Source: Chloroflexota bacterium
GTDB taxonomy: Bacteria; Chloroflexota; UBA11872; VXNJ01
Reading direction: 5' to 3'
NCBI GenBank assembly: GCA_965249595.1
Contig: OZ252242.1
Span: 1,168,569-1,232,568 of the forward strand
Length of the DNA: 64,000 nt
The position numbers were made by a program, and so were the translations under genes. This document shows positions 31,147 to 40,054 of this stretch, piece by piece. How positions within the stretch are numbered: position 1 is the stretch's first letter; the number at the start of each line of letters is the position of its first letter. The notes under the pieces were generated by a model, which searched no databases, was not told the DNA's origin, and saw only the letters and a program-made list of their open reading frames with translations.

Positions 31147-31563
31147 ATGAGTGACGCCAGACTGACCATTGAACTGATTACGCCAGAAAAAAGCGTGGTC
31201 GAGGAGACCGGTATTGAATTGCTGGTTGCGCCAAGCGTCGATGGGCAGGTGGCAATCTTGCCAAGTCACTCCCCGCTGTTGACCGAGCTTGAGCCCGGCG
31301 TTGTTTACACCCGTCGCGGCGGGCAGGAGGAAGTTCTGGCGGTAAGCGGCGGATTTCTACAGGTTCAAGATAATCGCGTTGTAATCTTGGCCGATACATC
31401 TGAGCGATCCAGTGAAGTCGACCGTGCTCGCGCCGAAAGCGCGCGCGTAGAAGCTGAGCGCCAAATCCATGAAGCAGTTGATCTTGATGCGATGCTGCTA
31501 GCGCGCGTTCGCTTGATGCGGGCGCTTTCGCGCTTGCGGGCCGTCGAACGGGGATCTGCTTAA
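31147..31563 (+). CDS. atpC: ATP synthase F1 epsilon subunit
   Basis: LTIELITPEKSVVEE...ILPSHSPLLTEL. Confidence 0.9.
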   Translation: MSDARLTIELITPEKSVVEETGIELLVAPSVDGQVAILPSHSPLLTELEPGVVYTRRGGQEEVLAVSGGFLQVQDNRVVILADTSERSSEVDRARAESARVEAERQIHEAVDLDAMLLARVRLMRALSRLRAVERGSA

Positions 31564-31593
31564 TCGGCAACATCAATTAGGGCGGGGCTAGCG

Positions 31594-32898
31594 GTGGCGG
31601 CAATGAGCCTGCGAACGACGCAGCAACCACTGCTGAGTCAATACGCAATAAACGGTGGCGATAACCGCCTGCACGGCGTATTCCGGGTGCCCGGGGCCAA
31701 GAACGCTATATTGCCGATGATGGCGGCCACGCTGCTGACCGAAGAGACCTGTCACCTAACCAATGTTCCGGCGATAACCGACGTCGAATCCATGATTGCC
31801 CTGCTGCGACAACTTGGCGCCCAAGTCGAGTACGATCGCAGCCACAAGCGGTTGACGATAACCGCCGCCAATATCAGTTCGCTCGAGCCTGACCCCGATT
31901 TGGTGGCCGAAATGCGAGCCTCCTTCTTAGTAACCGGGCCGCTACTGGCGCGCTTTGGACGGGTTACCGTAATTACCCCTGGCGGGTGTGAAATTGGCAG
32001 CCGGCCGGTCAATGTCGACGTCGACGGGCTTATTCGCATGGGCGCTACCGTCGAGCAATCGGAGGTCGGTTACGACATGGCCGCCGGCACCCTGCGGGCC
32101 GAGCGGTTGTACCTGAATTACCCATCCCATACCGGCACTGAGAACCTGGTCATGGCGGCGACCCTGGCCGACGGCGTCACCACCATCGTCAACGCGTCGC
32201 GGGAGCCCGAAGTTCTCCATCTCTGCGGATTCTTGCGAGCGATGGGGGCCGACGTCCGCGGCGTTGGAACCAGCGTAATCCGGGTCCACGGGCGCCGCCG
32301 TCTGTTCGGCGCTGGATATCGGGCGATGCCCGACCGCCAAGTTGCCGGCACGATCGCCATCGCCACCGCCGTTTGCGGGGGCGAAGTCGTTCTTGACGAC
32401 ATAGTCCGCGATGACCTCGAACCGGTACTGCTCAAGCTGGAAGAGGCGGGCGTTGATGTGTACCACGAAGGCGACTCGGTCGCCATTGTCTCCAATCGCC
32501 AGCTGCAGGCACTGGAGCTGCAGAGCATGCCACACCCGGGGTTTCCCACCGACAAGCAGGCCGAAATGGGAGCGCTGCTCACCCAGGCCAATGGACGCAG
32601 CGTGATTTCGGAGCGGGTGTTTGAGAATCGATTCGGATATTTCGAAGGCCTCAAAATGTTGGGCGCCCGCATTGAACAAGAGGGTACCTACGCGGTGATT
32701 GAAGGTCCACAGATCCTGCACGGCGCCGAAGTCCCGCTGGCGCGCGATTTGCGGGCCGGTGCGGCTTTAACGATTGCCGCCCTGGCCGCCCGCGGGCGAA
32801 CGGTCCTCAGCGATGTGGAATTTATCCGTCGCGGGTATGAAGACTTGGCTGGCGACCTTGCCAATTTGGGTGCCGATATCCGGTTGGTTGCGCGATGA
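31594..32898 (+). CDS. murA: UDP-N-acetylglucosamine 1-carboxyvinyltransferase
   Basis: VPGAKNAILP, CEIGSRPVNV and GYEDLAGDLANLGADI match the MurA/EPT family. It follows atpC as in many monoderm genomes. Confidence 0.9.
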   Translation: MAAMSLRTTQQPLLSQYAINGGDNRLHGVFRVPGAKNAILPMMAATLLTEETCHLTNVPAITDVESMIALLRQLGAQVEYDRSHKRLTITAANISSLEPDPDLVAEMRASFLVTGPLLARFGRVTVITPGGCEIGSRPVNVDVDGLIRMGATVEQSEVGYDMAAGTLRAERLYLNYPSHTGTENLVMAATLADGVTTIVNASREPEVLHLCGFLRAMGADVRGVGTSVIRVHGRRRLFGAGYRAMPDRQVAGTIAIATAVCGGEVVLDDIVRDDLEPVLLKLEEAGVDVYHEGDSVAIVSNRQLQALELQSMPHPGFPTDKQAEMGALLTQANGRSVISERVFENRFGYFEGLKMLGARIEQEGTYAVIEGPQILHGAEVPLARDLRAGAALTIAALAARGRTVLSDVEFIRRGYEDLAGDLANLGADIRLVAR

Positions 32899-33902
32899 TC
32901 GCGCCACGCAAGCTAGGCATTGACCTGGGGACCGTCAACGTGGTGGTCTTTGTACATGGACGTGGCGTTGTTTTGCGTGAGCCATCGGTAGTGGCCGTAG
33001 CGCGTCCCGGTCGACAGATCGTGGCCGTCGGTTCGAACGCTTATGAAATGATCGGGCGCACGCCGGACAAGATCGAAATTTCAAACCCGCTGCGGGATGG
33101 CGTTATCGCCGACTATCTGGTGACCGAAGCGATGCTAGGTCACTTTATTTCGCGGGCCTGCGGTCGGCTGCGGGTATTGCAGCCGGATGTGATCATTTCG
33201 ATTCCAGCTGATGCCACCGGGGTTGAGCGGCGGGCCGTGCGCGATGCCGCTTCGGCGGCCGGTTGTCGCTCGACGATATTGATCCCGGAGGCCTTGGCCG
33301 CCGCTCTCGGCGCCCGCCTGCCGGTGCAAGAGCCCATCGGCAGCATGATCGTAAACGTCGGCGGGGGAACGGCCGAGATCGCGATCCTCTCGCTCTCGGG
33401 AATCGTTGCGTCTCGTTCGCTGCGGGTGGCGTCCAACGCCTTCGACGACGCCATCGTTTCCTACCTACGGCGTAACTTCAATTTCCTTATTGGCTCCCGC
33501 ACCGCAGAGGAACTCAAGATCTCGATCGGCTCGGCGACCCCGCCAATTGAAAGCGATTTAGTGGAAATCAAGGGTCTCGATATGGAAACTGGATTACCCA
33601 GTTCCATACATGTGCAGCCGCAACATATCTACGAGGCATTGAACCCACCTCTAAGTGAGCTGATCCGGGGAATCAAGTCGGTCCTGGAGCAATCCCCGCC
33701 GGAAATCGCCGGCGACATATTCGACAACGGGATCGTGTTGTCTGGCGGCGGCTGCCTGCTCGCCAACCTGGACGTGCTCATCTCCAGCGAAACTCAGGTC
33801 CCTTGTTTTCGCGCCGAGCAACCGCTCCTGTGCGTGGCCTTAGGCACCGGGATTGCTCTGGAACACTACGATTGGATTTCTCAGTTTTCCCAGTTCAATT
33901 GA
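32895..33902 (+). CDS. mreB: Rod-shape-determining actin homologue MreB/Mbl
   Basis: The actin-fold ATPase motifs GIDLGTVNV (phosphate 1), VNVGGGTAEIAI and VLSGGGCLLANLDVLI. Overlaps the murA stop. Confidence 0.85.
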   Translation: MIAPRKLGIDLGTVNVVVFVHGRGVVLREPSVVAVARPGRQIVAVGSNAYEMIGRTPDKIEISNPLRDGVIADYLVTEAMLGHFISRACGRLRVLQPDVIISIPADATGVERRAVRDAASAAGCRSTILIPEALAAALGARLPVQEPIGSMIVNVGGGTAEIAILSLSGIVASRSLRVASNAFDDAIVSYLRRNFNFLIGSRTAEELKISIGSATPPIESDLVEIKGLDMETGLPSSIHVQPQHIYEALNPPLSELIRGIKSVLEQSPPEIAGDIFDNGIVLSGGGCLLANLDVLISSETQVPCFRAEQPLLCVALGTGIALEHYDWISQFSQFN

Positions 33903-33926
33903 CGGCAATCCCAGAAAGATGGTCCC

Positions 33927-34898
33927 TTGAATTACGACTTTTTTCAGACCTACCCGATGCCGGAAGAAGATATCGATATCCTGCGCGAGGTCGGCCAGGT
34001 ACGCCTTCTTCACACCAATGACGTCGATGTCTTAATTCGTGAGGCGCGCAACGCCGATGTGATCGTTTGCGGGACCGAGCCGATAACCGCCGAAGTGATC
34101 GCCGCCGCCAGCAACCTGGTTGCGATCGACCGTTTTGGCGCCGGCTACGACAACATCGACGTGGCAGCCGCCACGGCTCGCAATATCCCGATTTTTTATT
34201 CGCCCAAAGTGAACGCCCAGACGGTAGCCGAGCACACCGTTGGACTGATGCTGGCAACCGCCTACAACATCACCCGCGGCGACCGGTCGGTGCGGGTAGA
34301 GAGCCTGGCGATGCGGCCGATATTGCGCGGGCGCGAGCTTGCCGGAAAAACGCTGGGCGTGGTCGGATTCGGGGAGATCGGGGTTAAAGTTGCCCGCATC
34401 TGCCAGCTCGGGTTCGGCATGGAATTGCTCGTAAATACCAAGAATCCTGATCCGGCCCGATTCGACGCAGCCGGTTTACGCGGCCGTTTTGTCACATTGC
34501 CCGATCTGATGGCCAATTCCGATGTCGTCACCCTGCATGTGCCTATCGTCGATGACACGGCCGGCATGATTTCCAGGTCGTTGATTGAGTCGATGAAACC
34601 GAGCGCATATTTGGTCAATACCGCCCGCGGGGCCCTCGTCGATGAGCAGGCCCTAATCGATGCCCTCACGAGCGAGGCGATAGCCGGGGTCGGGTTGGAC
34701 GTCTACGCGTTCGAACCGCCGGCCCTTGACAACCCTCTGCTGTCCCTTGAGACAGCGGCGCTCACCCCCCATATCGCCTCGAACACGTACGAAGCGTTTC
34801 ACCGTATCGGTGCGCTGTGCCACTCGTCCACGGTTGAATTCCTAAAAGGCGGCCGGCCGGCCGCGGTCGTAAACCCGGAGGTTTACGACCGGCTGTAG
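33927..34898 (+). CDS. D-isomer-specific 2-hydroxyacid dehydrogenase (NAD-binding)
   Basis: GVVGFGEIG (Rossmann), NTARGALVDEQAL, GLDVYAFEP, and the catalytic His region TPHIAS. Confidence 0.85.
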   Translation: MNYDFFQTYPMPEEDIDILREVGQVRLLHTNDVDVLIREARNADVIVCGTEPITAEVIAAASNLVAIDRFGAGYDNIDVAAATARNIPIFYSPKVNAQTVAEHTVGLMLATAYNITRGDRSVRVESLAMRPILRGRELAGKTLGVVGFGEIGVKVARICQLGFGMELLVNTKNPDPARFDAAGLRGRFVTLPDLMANSDVVTLHVPIVDDTAGMISRSLIESMKPSAYLVNTARGALVDEQALIDALTSEAIAGVGLDVYAFEPPALDNPLLSLETAALTPHIASNTYEAFHRIGALCHSSTVEFLKGGRPAAVVNPEVYDRL

Positions 34899-34916
34899 CA
34901 GATTCGGCGGCCGAGC

Positions 34917-36092
34917 TTGTCCAGCAATCGAGATCCGGCAATGTTAGGTCCGTTGGCTGTGGCAGTTATCGAATATTTGGCCGACGCCAACAGCCGGCTG
35001 ACCCTCGCCTGCGCCGGCGCCGGGTCGTCGGCGATAGCGTCGCTGGCCAGCTGCCCCGGTGCCTCGAAGGTATTGGTCGAGGGCCGGCTGGCATATTCCC
35101 GGGCGGCGGTGGAGCAGGCCAGCAACTCCGCTGTCGAAGCGGAGTTTTGCAGTCCAGCGATGTCGTTGGACCTGGCGCACCTGGCTCTGCGTCGAGCTCG
35201 CGAGTATGAACCGGATGCCGGCTTGCAACTGACCGCCGTTGCCGCCAGCGGGGCGCTGGCCACCAGTCGCGCTCGGCGTGGTCGCGACCGCGCCTACATT
35301 GCGGCTGTGGCGGTCGGCCGAACCGACGTGTATTCGCTCGAATTGGCCAATTGGCCGGGCCAACGGGCGGCCCAGGAACTACTCACCGGGGCAGCATTGC
35401 TCCTAGCTGCCGTCCCGGAACGGGACCGGCCCGCCGACCTGCCCTTGCCCGAAGGACTCGTGGAAACTCTCATGCGAGTGGACATAGCGCCGAGTTATTG
35501 GCCGCAGAGGGTTCTTCGCAGCGTCATTCCATTCGCCTTGTTCGATCAAGCCGGCGCCTGGTCGGCGCCGCCGCCGGCGCCGCGGGCCCTGCTCGCCGGA
35601 TCATTTAATCCGCTCCACGACGGACACCGTCGCCTGGCCGAGGCGGCTGAATCGCACCTGGGCGTTGCAGTGGCTTTTGAGCTGTCGATGGCCAACGTCG
35701 AGAAACCGGAATTGCAGTCTGATGTGGTGGTCGATCGCGTCGAAAGTATGGCGGCGCGGCGAACGGTAACGGTAGACATGGCGGCTACGTTCGCGCAAAA
35801 AGCGGCCCTTTTTCCGGGTGCGGTTTTCGTAGTTGGCGCCGATACCGCAGAAAGAATCGTTGACCCACGGTTCTACGGCGGCAGCCGGTCGACCATGCAC
35901 ACGGCGCTCTCATCCATCGCCGATTGCGGATGCAGTTTTTTGGTGGCCGGGCGGGCCCTTCGGCGAGGCTATGTGACGATGGCCGATCTGGATCTTGCGG
36001 CCGCACCTCAGCTGTTTTCGATGCTGGAGGAAAGTGCCTTCCGCCTGGATGTGTCCTCAACGTCCATACGCCGGCAGGGTGGTTTGGAATGA
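34917..36092 (+). CDS. Fusion protein: CinA C-terminal (PncC, NMN deamidase)-like domain + NadD/NMNAT-like nucleotidyltransferase domain
   Basis: N-terminal half: LTLACAGAGSSAIASLASCPGASKVLVEGRLAYSRAAVE, comparable to the CinA-C TAESCTGG...PGSS...GGxxAYS motif. C-terminal half: ALLAGSFNPLHDGHRRLAEAA ((H/T)xGH nucleotidyltransferase motif) and ...VSSTSIRRQ (the ISSTxIR motif of NaMN/NMN adenylyltransferases). Confidence 0.55.
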   Translation: MSSNRDPAMLGPLAVAVIEYLADANSRLTLACAGAGSSAIASLASCPGASKVLVEGRLAYSRAAVEQASNSAVEAEFCSPAMSLDLAHLALRRAREYEPDAGLQLTAVAASGALATSRARRGRDRAYIAAVAVGRTDVYSLELANWPGQRAAQELLTGAALLLAAVPERDRPADLPLPEGLVETLMRVDIAPSYWPQRVLRSVIPFALFDQAGAWSAPPPAPRALLAGSFNPLHDGHRRLAEAAESHLGVAVAFELSMANVEKPELQSDVVVDRVESMAARRTVTVDMAATFAQKAALFPGAVFVVGADTAERIVDPRFYGGSRSTMHTALSSIADCGCSFLVAGRALRRGYVTMADLDLAAAPQLFSMLEESAFRLDVSSTSIRRQGGLE

Positions 36093-36353
36093 ACTTTGGT
36101 CGGCCGCGGGGTCCATCCGAATGCCTAGCCCGCATTTTGCACCAGCATGCCCGTTCGACCCCAATTCGGGCTGATTGGGCGTGATCGGACCTGATTTGCG
36201 GTGGGAGCCGTCCATTTCCGACTAAATTGCGACCGTTATCGGTGCCAGACCCTCCCGCAACAGCGCATCCGACTCATTTGCGGCGCAAACTGCCTGCATT
36301 GGACCCGGCGCGGCCGGGACCCTGGCCGTCAGGCTATCCGGGAGCGCCGGGTA

Positions 36354-37581
36354 CTACCCCGGCGTCATAGGGTAGAGGGGAACCCTGGCCAGATTGGCAA
36401 GGGCCCTGGCAAATTCCTCCTGCCAGGGATAGGCCGTAGGCAATGCGAGCCATATGCGGCGATGGGTTATCTTGATGCGGGCGGCGATCTTGAGATAGCG
36501 CAGGCGCAGGGTATCGCAGCGCCGACGGGCATTGGCGGTTCCTTGCAAACCCAGCCGTCGCAGGCTCTCCAGCAATACGTAGGCGAACCCTGAGAAATAC
36601 AGTCGTAGCTGATTGGAGCGCATGGCCCCGGTGGAGGTGCGGTCGGCGAACAGTCCCAGCTGCATCTCCTTGATACGGTTCTCCATCTCGCCCCGGGCGC
36701 AGTAGAGCTTCTCGTATAGATCCTGTTTGCCGATACGGGATGGGGACAGGTTGGTTACCACGAATCTGGGATTGGGACCCTTGCGCAGATGCTCGGCCTT
36801 ACCCACCACCCGGCGCCGCTTCGACCATGACTTTAAGGTCCGGTAGTGGAACTGGCGAAAGCGCCGTGACCGGGAGCCGGTGGCGATGGAGCGCCGCCGC
36901 GATTTATGGAGCGCCTTTCCCAGCTTCTGCTGTAGGCGAGGGTTGCGGGACAGACCGAAGACGTAGCCGATGCCCTCCTTCTCACACCAGGTCATGGTCG
37001 CATCGCGGGCAAAGCCTTAAATCGGCGCGCAGGATGATCTCCGTATCCGGCCAGGCCGATCTGATCCGGGCGATGAGCGGGGAGAGTTCTTCCGCCATCC
37101 CCGCTCCGGGATCGCGGCTGGCGCCTTTTAGACGGCAGAGCAGCAGGTGCTCTCCGCAGAAGACGTACAGCGGCAGGTAGCAGTATGAGCGGTAATAGCC
37201 ATGGAAGAATCTGCCTTCCTGCTTACCGTGCAGTGGATCGTCGGTTGCGTCAAGGTCGAGGACGATCCGCCGCGGCGGACGCTGCTGGGCCTCGATGAAC
37301 AGATCGCACAGCAGGGCGTCCATCTTCGCAAAGTCGGCCGCGATCTTCCGGTAGCGGTCTAAAGGAGCCGTATCCGGGCGTGAGAGTTCCAGGCGGTTTA
37401 GGGCCGATGCCGATGCCAGCGGCCTGCCCCTGTCGCGCTTGCGGCGGCGTCTCTCTCCGGTCAAATCATCCTTACCCGCCAATAGCGCCAGCATTGGATC
37501 GGCGCGCAGGACATCGTGATCGTTTAACGGGGATCCACCGAAATTGTCGACAAGTTGCCATTTCCGGTCCTGACGAATCAA
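36354..37581 (-). mobile_element. DDE transposase gene of the IS4 superfamily, split by a frameshift into two ORFs (IS copy A, probable pseudogene)
   Basis: The N-terminal fragment 36982..37581(-) contains LDLDATDDPLHGKQEGRFFHGYYRSYCYLPLYVF (first catalytic Asp block). The C-terminal fragment 36354..36995(-) contains YCARGEMENRIKEMQLGL (the E/K block of IS4-type DDE enzymes). The frames differ and overlap by 14 nt. Confidence 0.7.
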
Positions 37582-37601
37582 TCATCTGCCACCATCACCG
37601 G

Positions 37602-39073
37602 TTAATGCGCTGCCACCGCCGCTGCAATCGCCCAACAGCGCTGCAAATGCCGGCCAGTTGGCCAGTCAAGGCCCCTATCTGCGGCCGCTGGGATGCTTAA
37701 CGCCCACAGGTAGGGGTGATTACATCCGCAGTCCCTGTGGACCGCGGGGGTCAGATAGGCTGCGGCAGCCCCCGCAGCCGGGAAAGCGCGATCTTGATCT
37801 GATCTGCCCAGGGCCAGCGCAACGGCCGATGCAGGGTGTGGCGACGCGCCGACCTGCTCAATCGTCCCGGCAGGGCGAATATCCTCCGCCGCAGGGTGGG
37901 AGTGGTAACGACTGAGCCGTCGCCAGAGCCGATTACGGCGATCCAGCGGCCGAGCTTGTGGGCGGTCGCCGGTATCGCCAGCCACAGCGGCGTTGGCGGT
38001 AAAGCTCCCCGCTGGCATGTGGTTGCGGCCGACGCCGTACTTTAGGTCCTTGATCGCGTTCTCGATTTCGGCATGACGGCGATGATCGTCCTCCAGGGAG
38101 ATCATCTCTCCCTTGCGGTCGGTGATGAAGGCGTGGTAAGAGTAATTGGCCAGCAGGGCCAGCGGCGACCCCGGTGTGGGTTTTACCCGTCTTACGATCA
38201 GACGCAGCGGTTCTGAATTCTCCGAAGGGGGCATAGGCTATCTCGGCTGCGTCGGCGGCGCCATCGAGCCAGTACTCTAGCGGAGTCCAGTCCTCCTCGG
38301 CTATCTCTTCGATCTTCTGACGCAGGCTAGAGTGCTGGCGGACAGTTATCGAGAAGCGTACGTTGTGCTCTCGGCCGGTGGCAACGATCCGCTTTGAGTA
38401 GAAACCGGAGTCGGCGCGCATCGTCAGCTGCCCCTTAGCGCCGGCATAGCGCACCCGGCTTACGGTCTCGGTGAGAAAGTGCGCCGCGCCGCGGCCGGTG
38501 TTGGCCCGGCCCCTGCGCCGACGGGCAAAGAGCACCTGGCCGGTTCCGGCGGCAACCGCCAGTAAGGGATGGTAGCCACGCACTCCGCATATAGCAGTGA
38601 TCACGGGCGCCATCTTTTTTGCGACCGTAAGTCTGGCCGACGGTCGAGTCAAGATCAATGGTGAAGGGATCCCTGCCGGGACCGGCGCCGGCATCCCCGG
38701 CCCGCCGCCGCCGCTGGCGGCTGATCCCATCCAGCTGGCGTACGTGTCCCCATCTGAAACTGCGCAGGAATGCCCCCAGAGTAGAAGGGGCCTTGACCTT
38801 AAAGCCCAGCACCTTCTCGGTATCGCCCGAGCGCAGGACATCGGCATCGTCGATGCAGTCTCCGCCGCCAAGGGCCGAGGCCACCAGCGTCTGCAGCTTG
38901 TCGGAGGCATTGGCGGCGCCGGGAGTTGAGCCCAGGGTAAGGCGGGAGTCGCTAAGTTCCCCAAGTCCCAGGCGCTTAGCCAGGGTCATCGGCAGGAGCA
39001 GTCCGGCATTGGCCACCAGGTTCTTCTCGTCGAAGGCGATCTGGACGCGGTCGGGGTTAATAGTTGGTAGCAT
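37602..39073 (-). mobile_element. IS1380-like DDE transposase gene broken into three ORFs (IS copy B, probable pseudogene)
   Basis: Fragments: 38435..39073(-) has FDEKNLVANAGLLLPMTLAKRLGL...IDLDSTVGQTYGRKKDGA; 37933..38964(-) has ...GAKGQLTMRADSGFYSKRIVATGREHNVRFSITVR...; 37602..38234(-) has ...YSYHAFITDRKGEMISLEDDHRRHAEIENAIKDLKYGVGRNHMPAGSFTANAAV, the IS1380-type C-terminus. An AT-rich terminal sequence at 39074-39190 abuts the uppP stop. Confidence 0.7.
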
Positions 39074-39194
39074 CTTTTAGGTGCTCCCTGTTTCTTGTGA
39101 ATTTGGTCGTCGTAAACCAATTTTCCCAAGATACGGGGAAGCACTTTTTCTTATTTCAGGGCCGGTCCGCCAGAGATGTTTCGGTGGATCCCCG

Positions 39195-40007
39195 CTAAAG
39201 CAGGTTGGTCAGGACGATCAACCCGATAACGATGCGATACGCGCAGAAGCCGCCCACACCGTGTTTGGCTACAAAACCGGGCAGCCATTTGGCCACCAAG
39301 AATCCCGAACCGGTGGCGCTGGCCACGCCGGCGGCCAACAATATCCATCCGTCGCCACCCAAATTTTGGGCCAACAAATCGGGTAGTCGGTAGACAGCGG
39401 CGCCAATCACTATCGGGGCCATCAGCAGGAATGCGTATTCGATCGCCGCACGGCGGTCCAGCCCCAGCCAGCGGGCGAACGTGAATATGGCCCCTGACCG
39501 CGAAACACCCGGCACCAGAGCGATCGCCTGAGCGCATCCGGACAGAGCCAGCCGCCAAAATGTTGTCGGTCGCTCCGATCCGGCCCAGCGATCGGCCAGG
39601 TACATGAAGACGGCGCCGATGATTAGGGCGGAACCCGCTACCGCGGCTGAGCGTAAAACCGTTTCCGCTGCCTGCTCTAGGAGGATTCCGGCCACTCCGG
39701 TGAACGCGGTGGCCAAAACTACGGCAGCGAGCCGCCGGCGATCCGAATGCCTACTTGCGCTGGCGGGGCCAGCGGCCGCGCGCAGCAGCGATATCCAGGC
39801 CGGAGCGATAGCCGCCGCGATCGCGATCGCCGTGCCCAAATGCAGGGCCAGGGCGAAGGTGAGTGAATTGAGCAGTTGATTGCTCACGCCAAACAGCCGG
39901 GGAACCAGCAGCAGATGGGCCGAGCTGGACACCGGCATGAATTCGGTCGCACCCTGTATCAAGCCAAGAACGATCGCCCAGATCAGATCGGCAGAGTCGA
40001 TATTCAT
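39195..40007 (-). CDS. uppP: Undecaprenyl-diphosphate phosphatase
   Basis: EFMPVSSSAHLLL and ALVPGVSRSGAI (BacA/UppP motifs), 8 TM. Confidence 0.9.
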   Translation of the reverse strand: MNIDSADLIWAIVLGLIQGATEFMPVSSSAHLLLVPRLFGVSNQLLNSLTFALALHLGTAIAIAAAIAPAWISLLRAAAGPASASRHSDRRRLAAVVLATAFTGVAGILLEQAAETVLRSAAVAGSALIIGAVFMYLADRWAGSERPTTFWRLALSGCAQAIALVPGVSRSGAIFTFARWLGLDRRAAIEYAFLLMAPIVIGAAVYRLPDLLAQNLGGDGWILLAAGVASATGSGFLVAKWLPGFVAKHGVGGFCAYRIVIGLIVLTNLL

Positions 40008-40054
40008 TTACGGTGCGTCTTGATCTTGGTTGGCGCATTCCGCGCCGCCGCCGG

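Noticed and set aside
31942-32721. 259-aa and 184-aa minus-strand ORFs
   Set aside because: Antisense to murA, which has clear EPT-family motifs on the plus strand.
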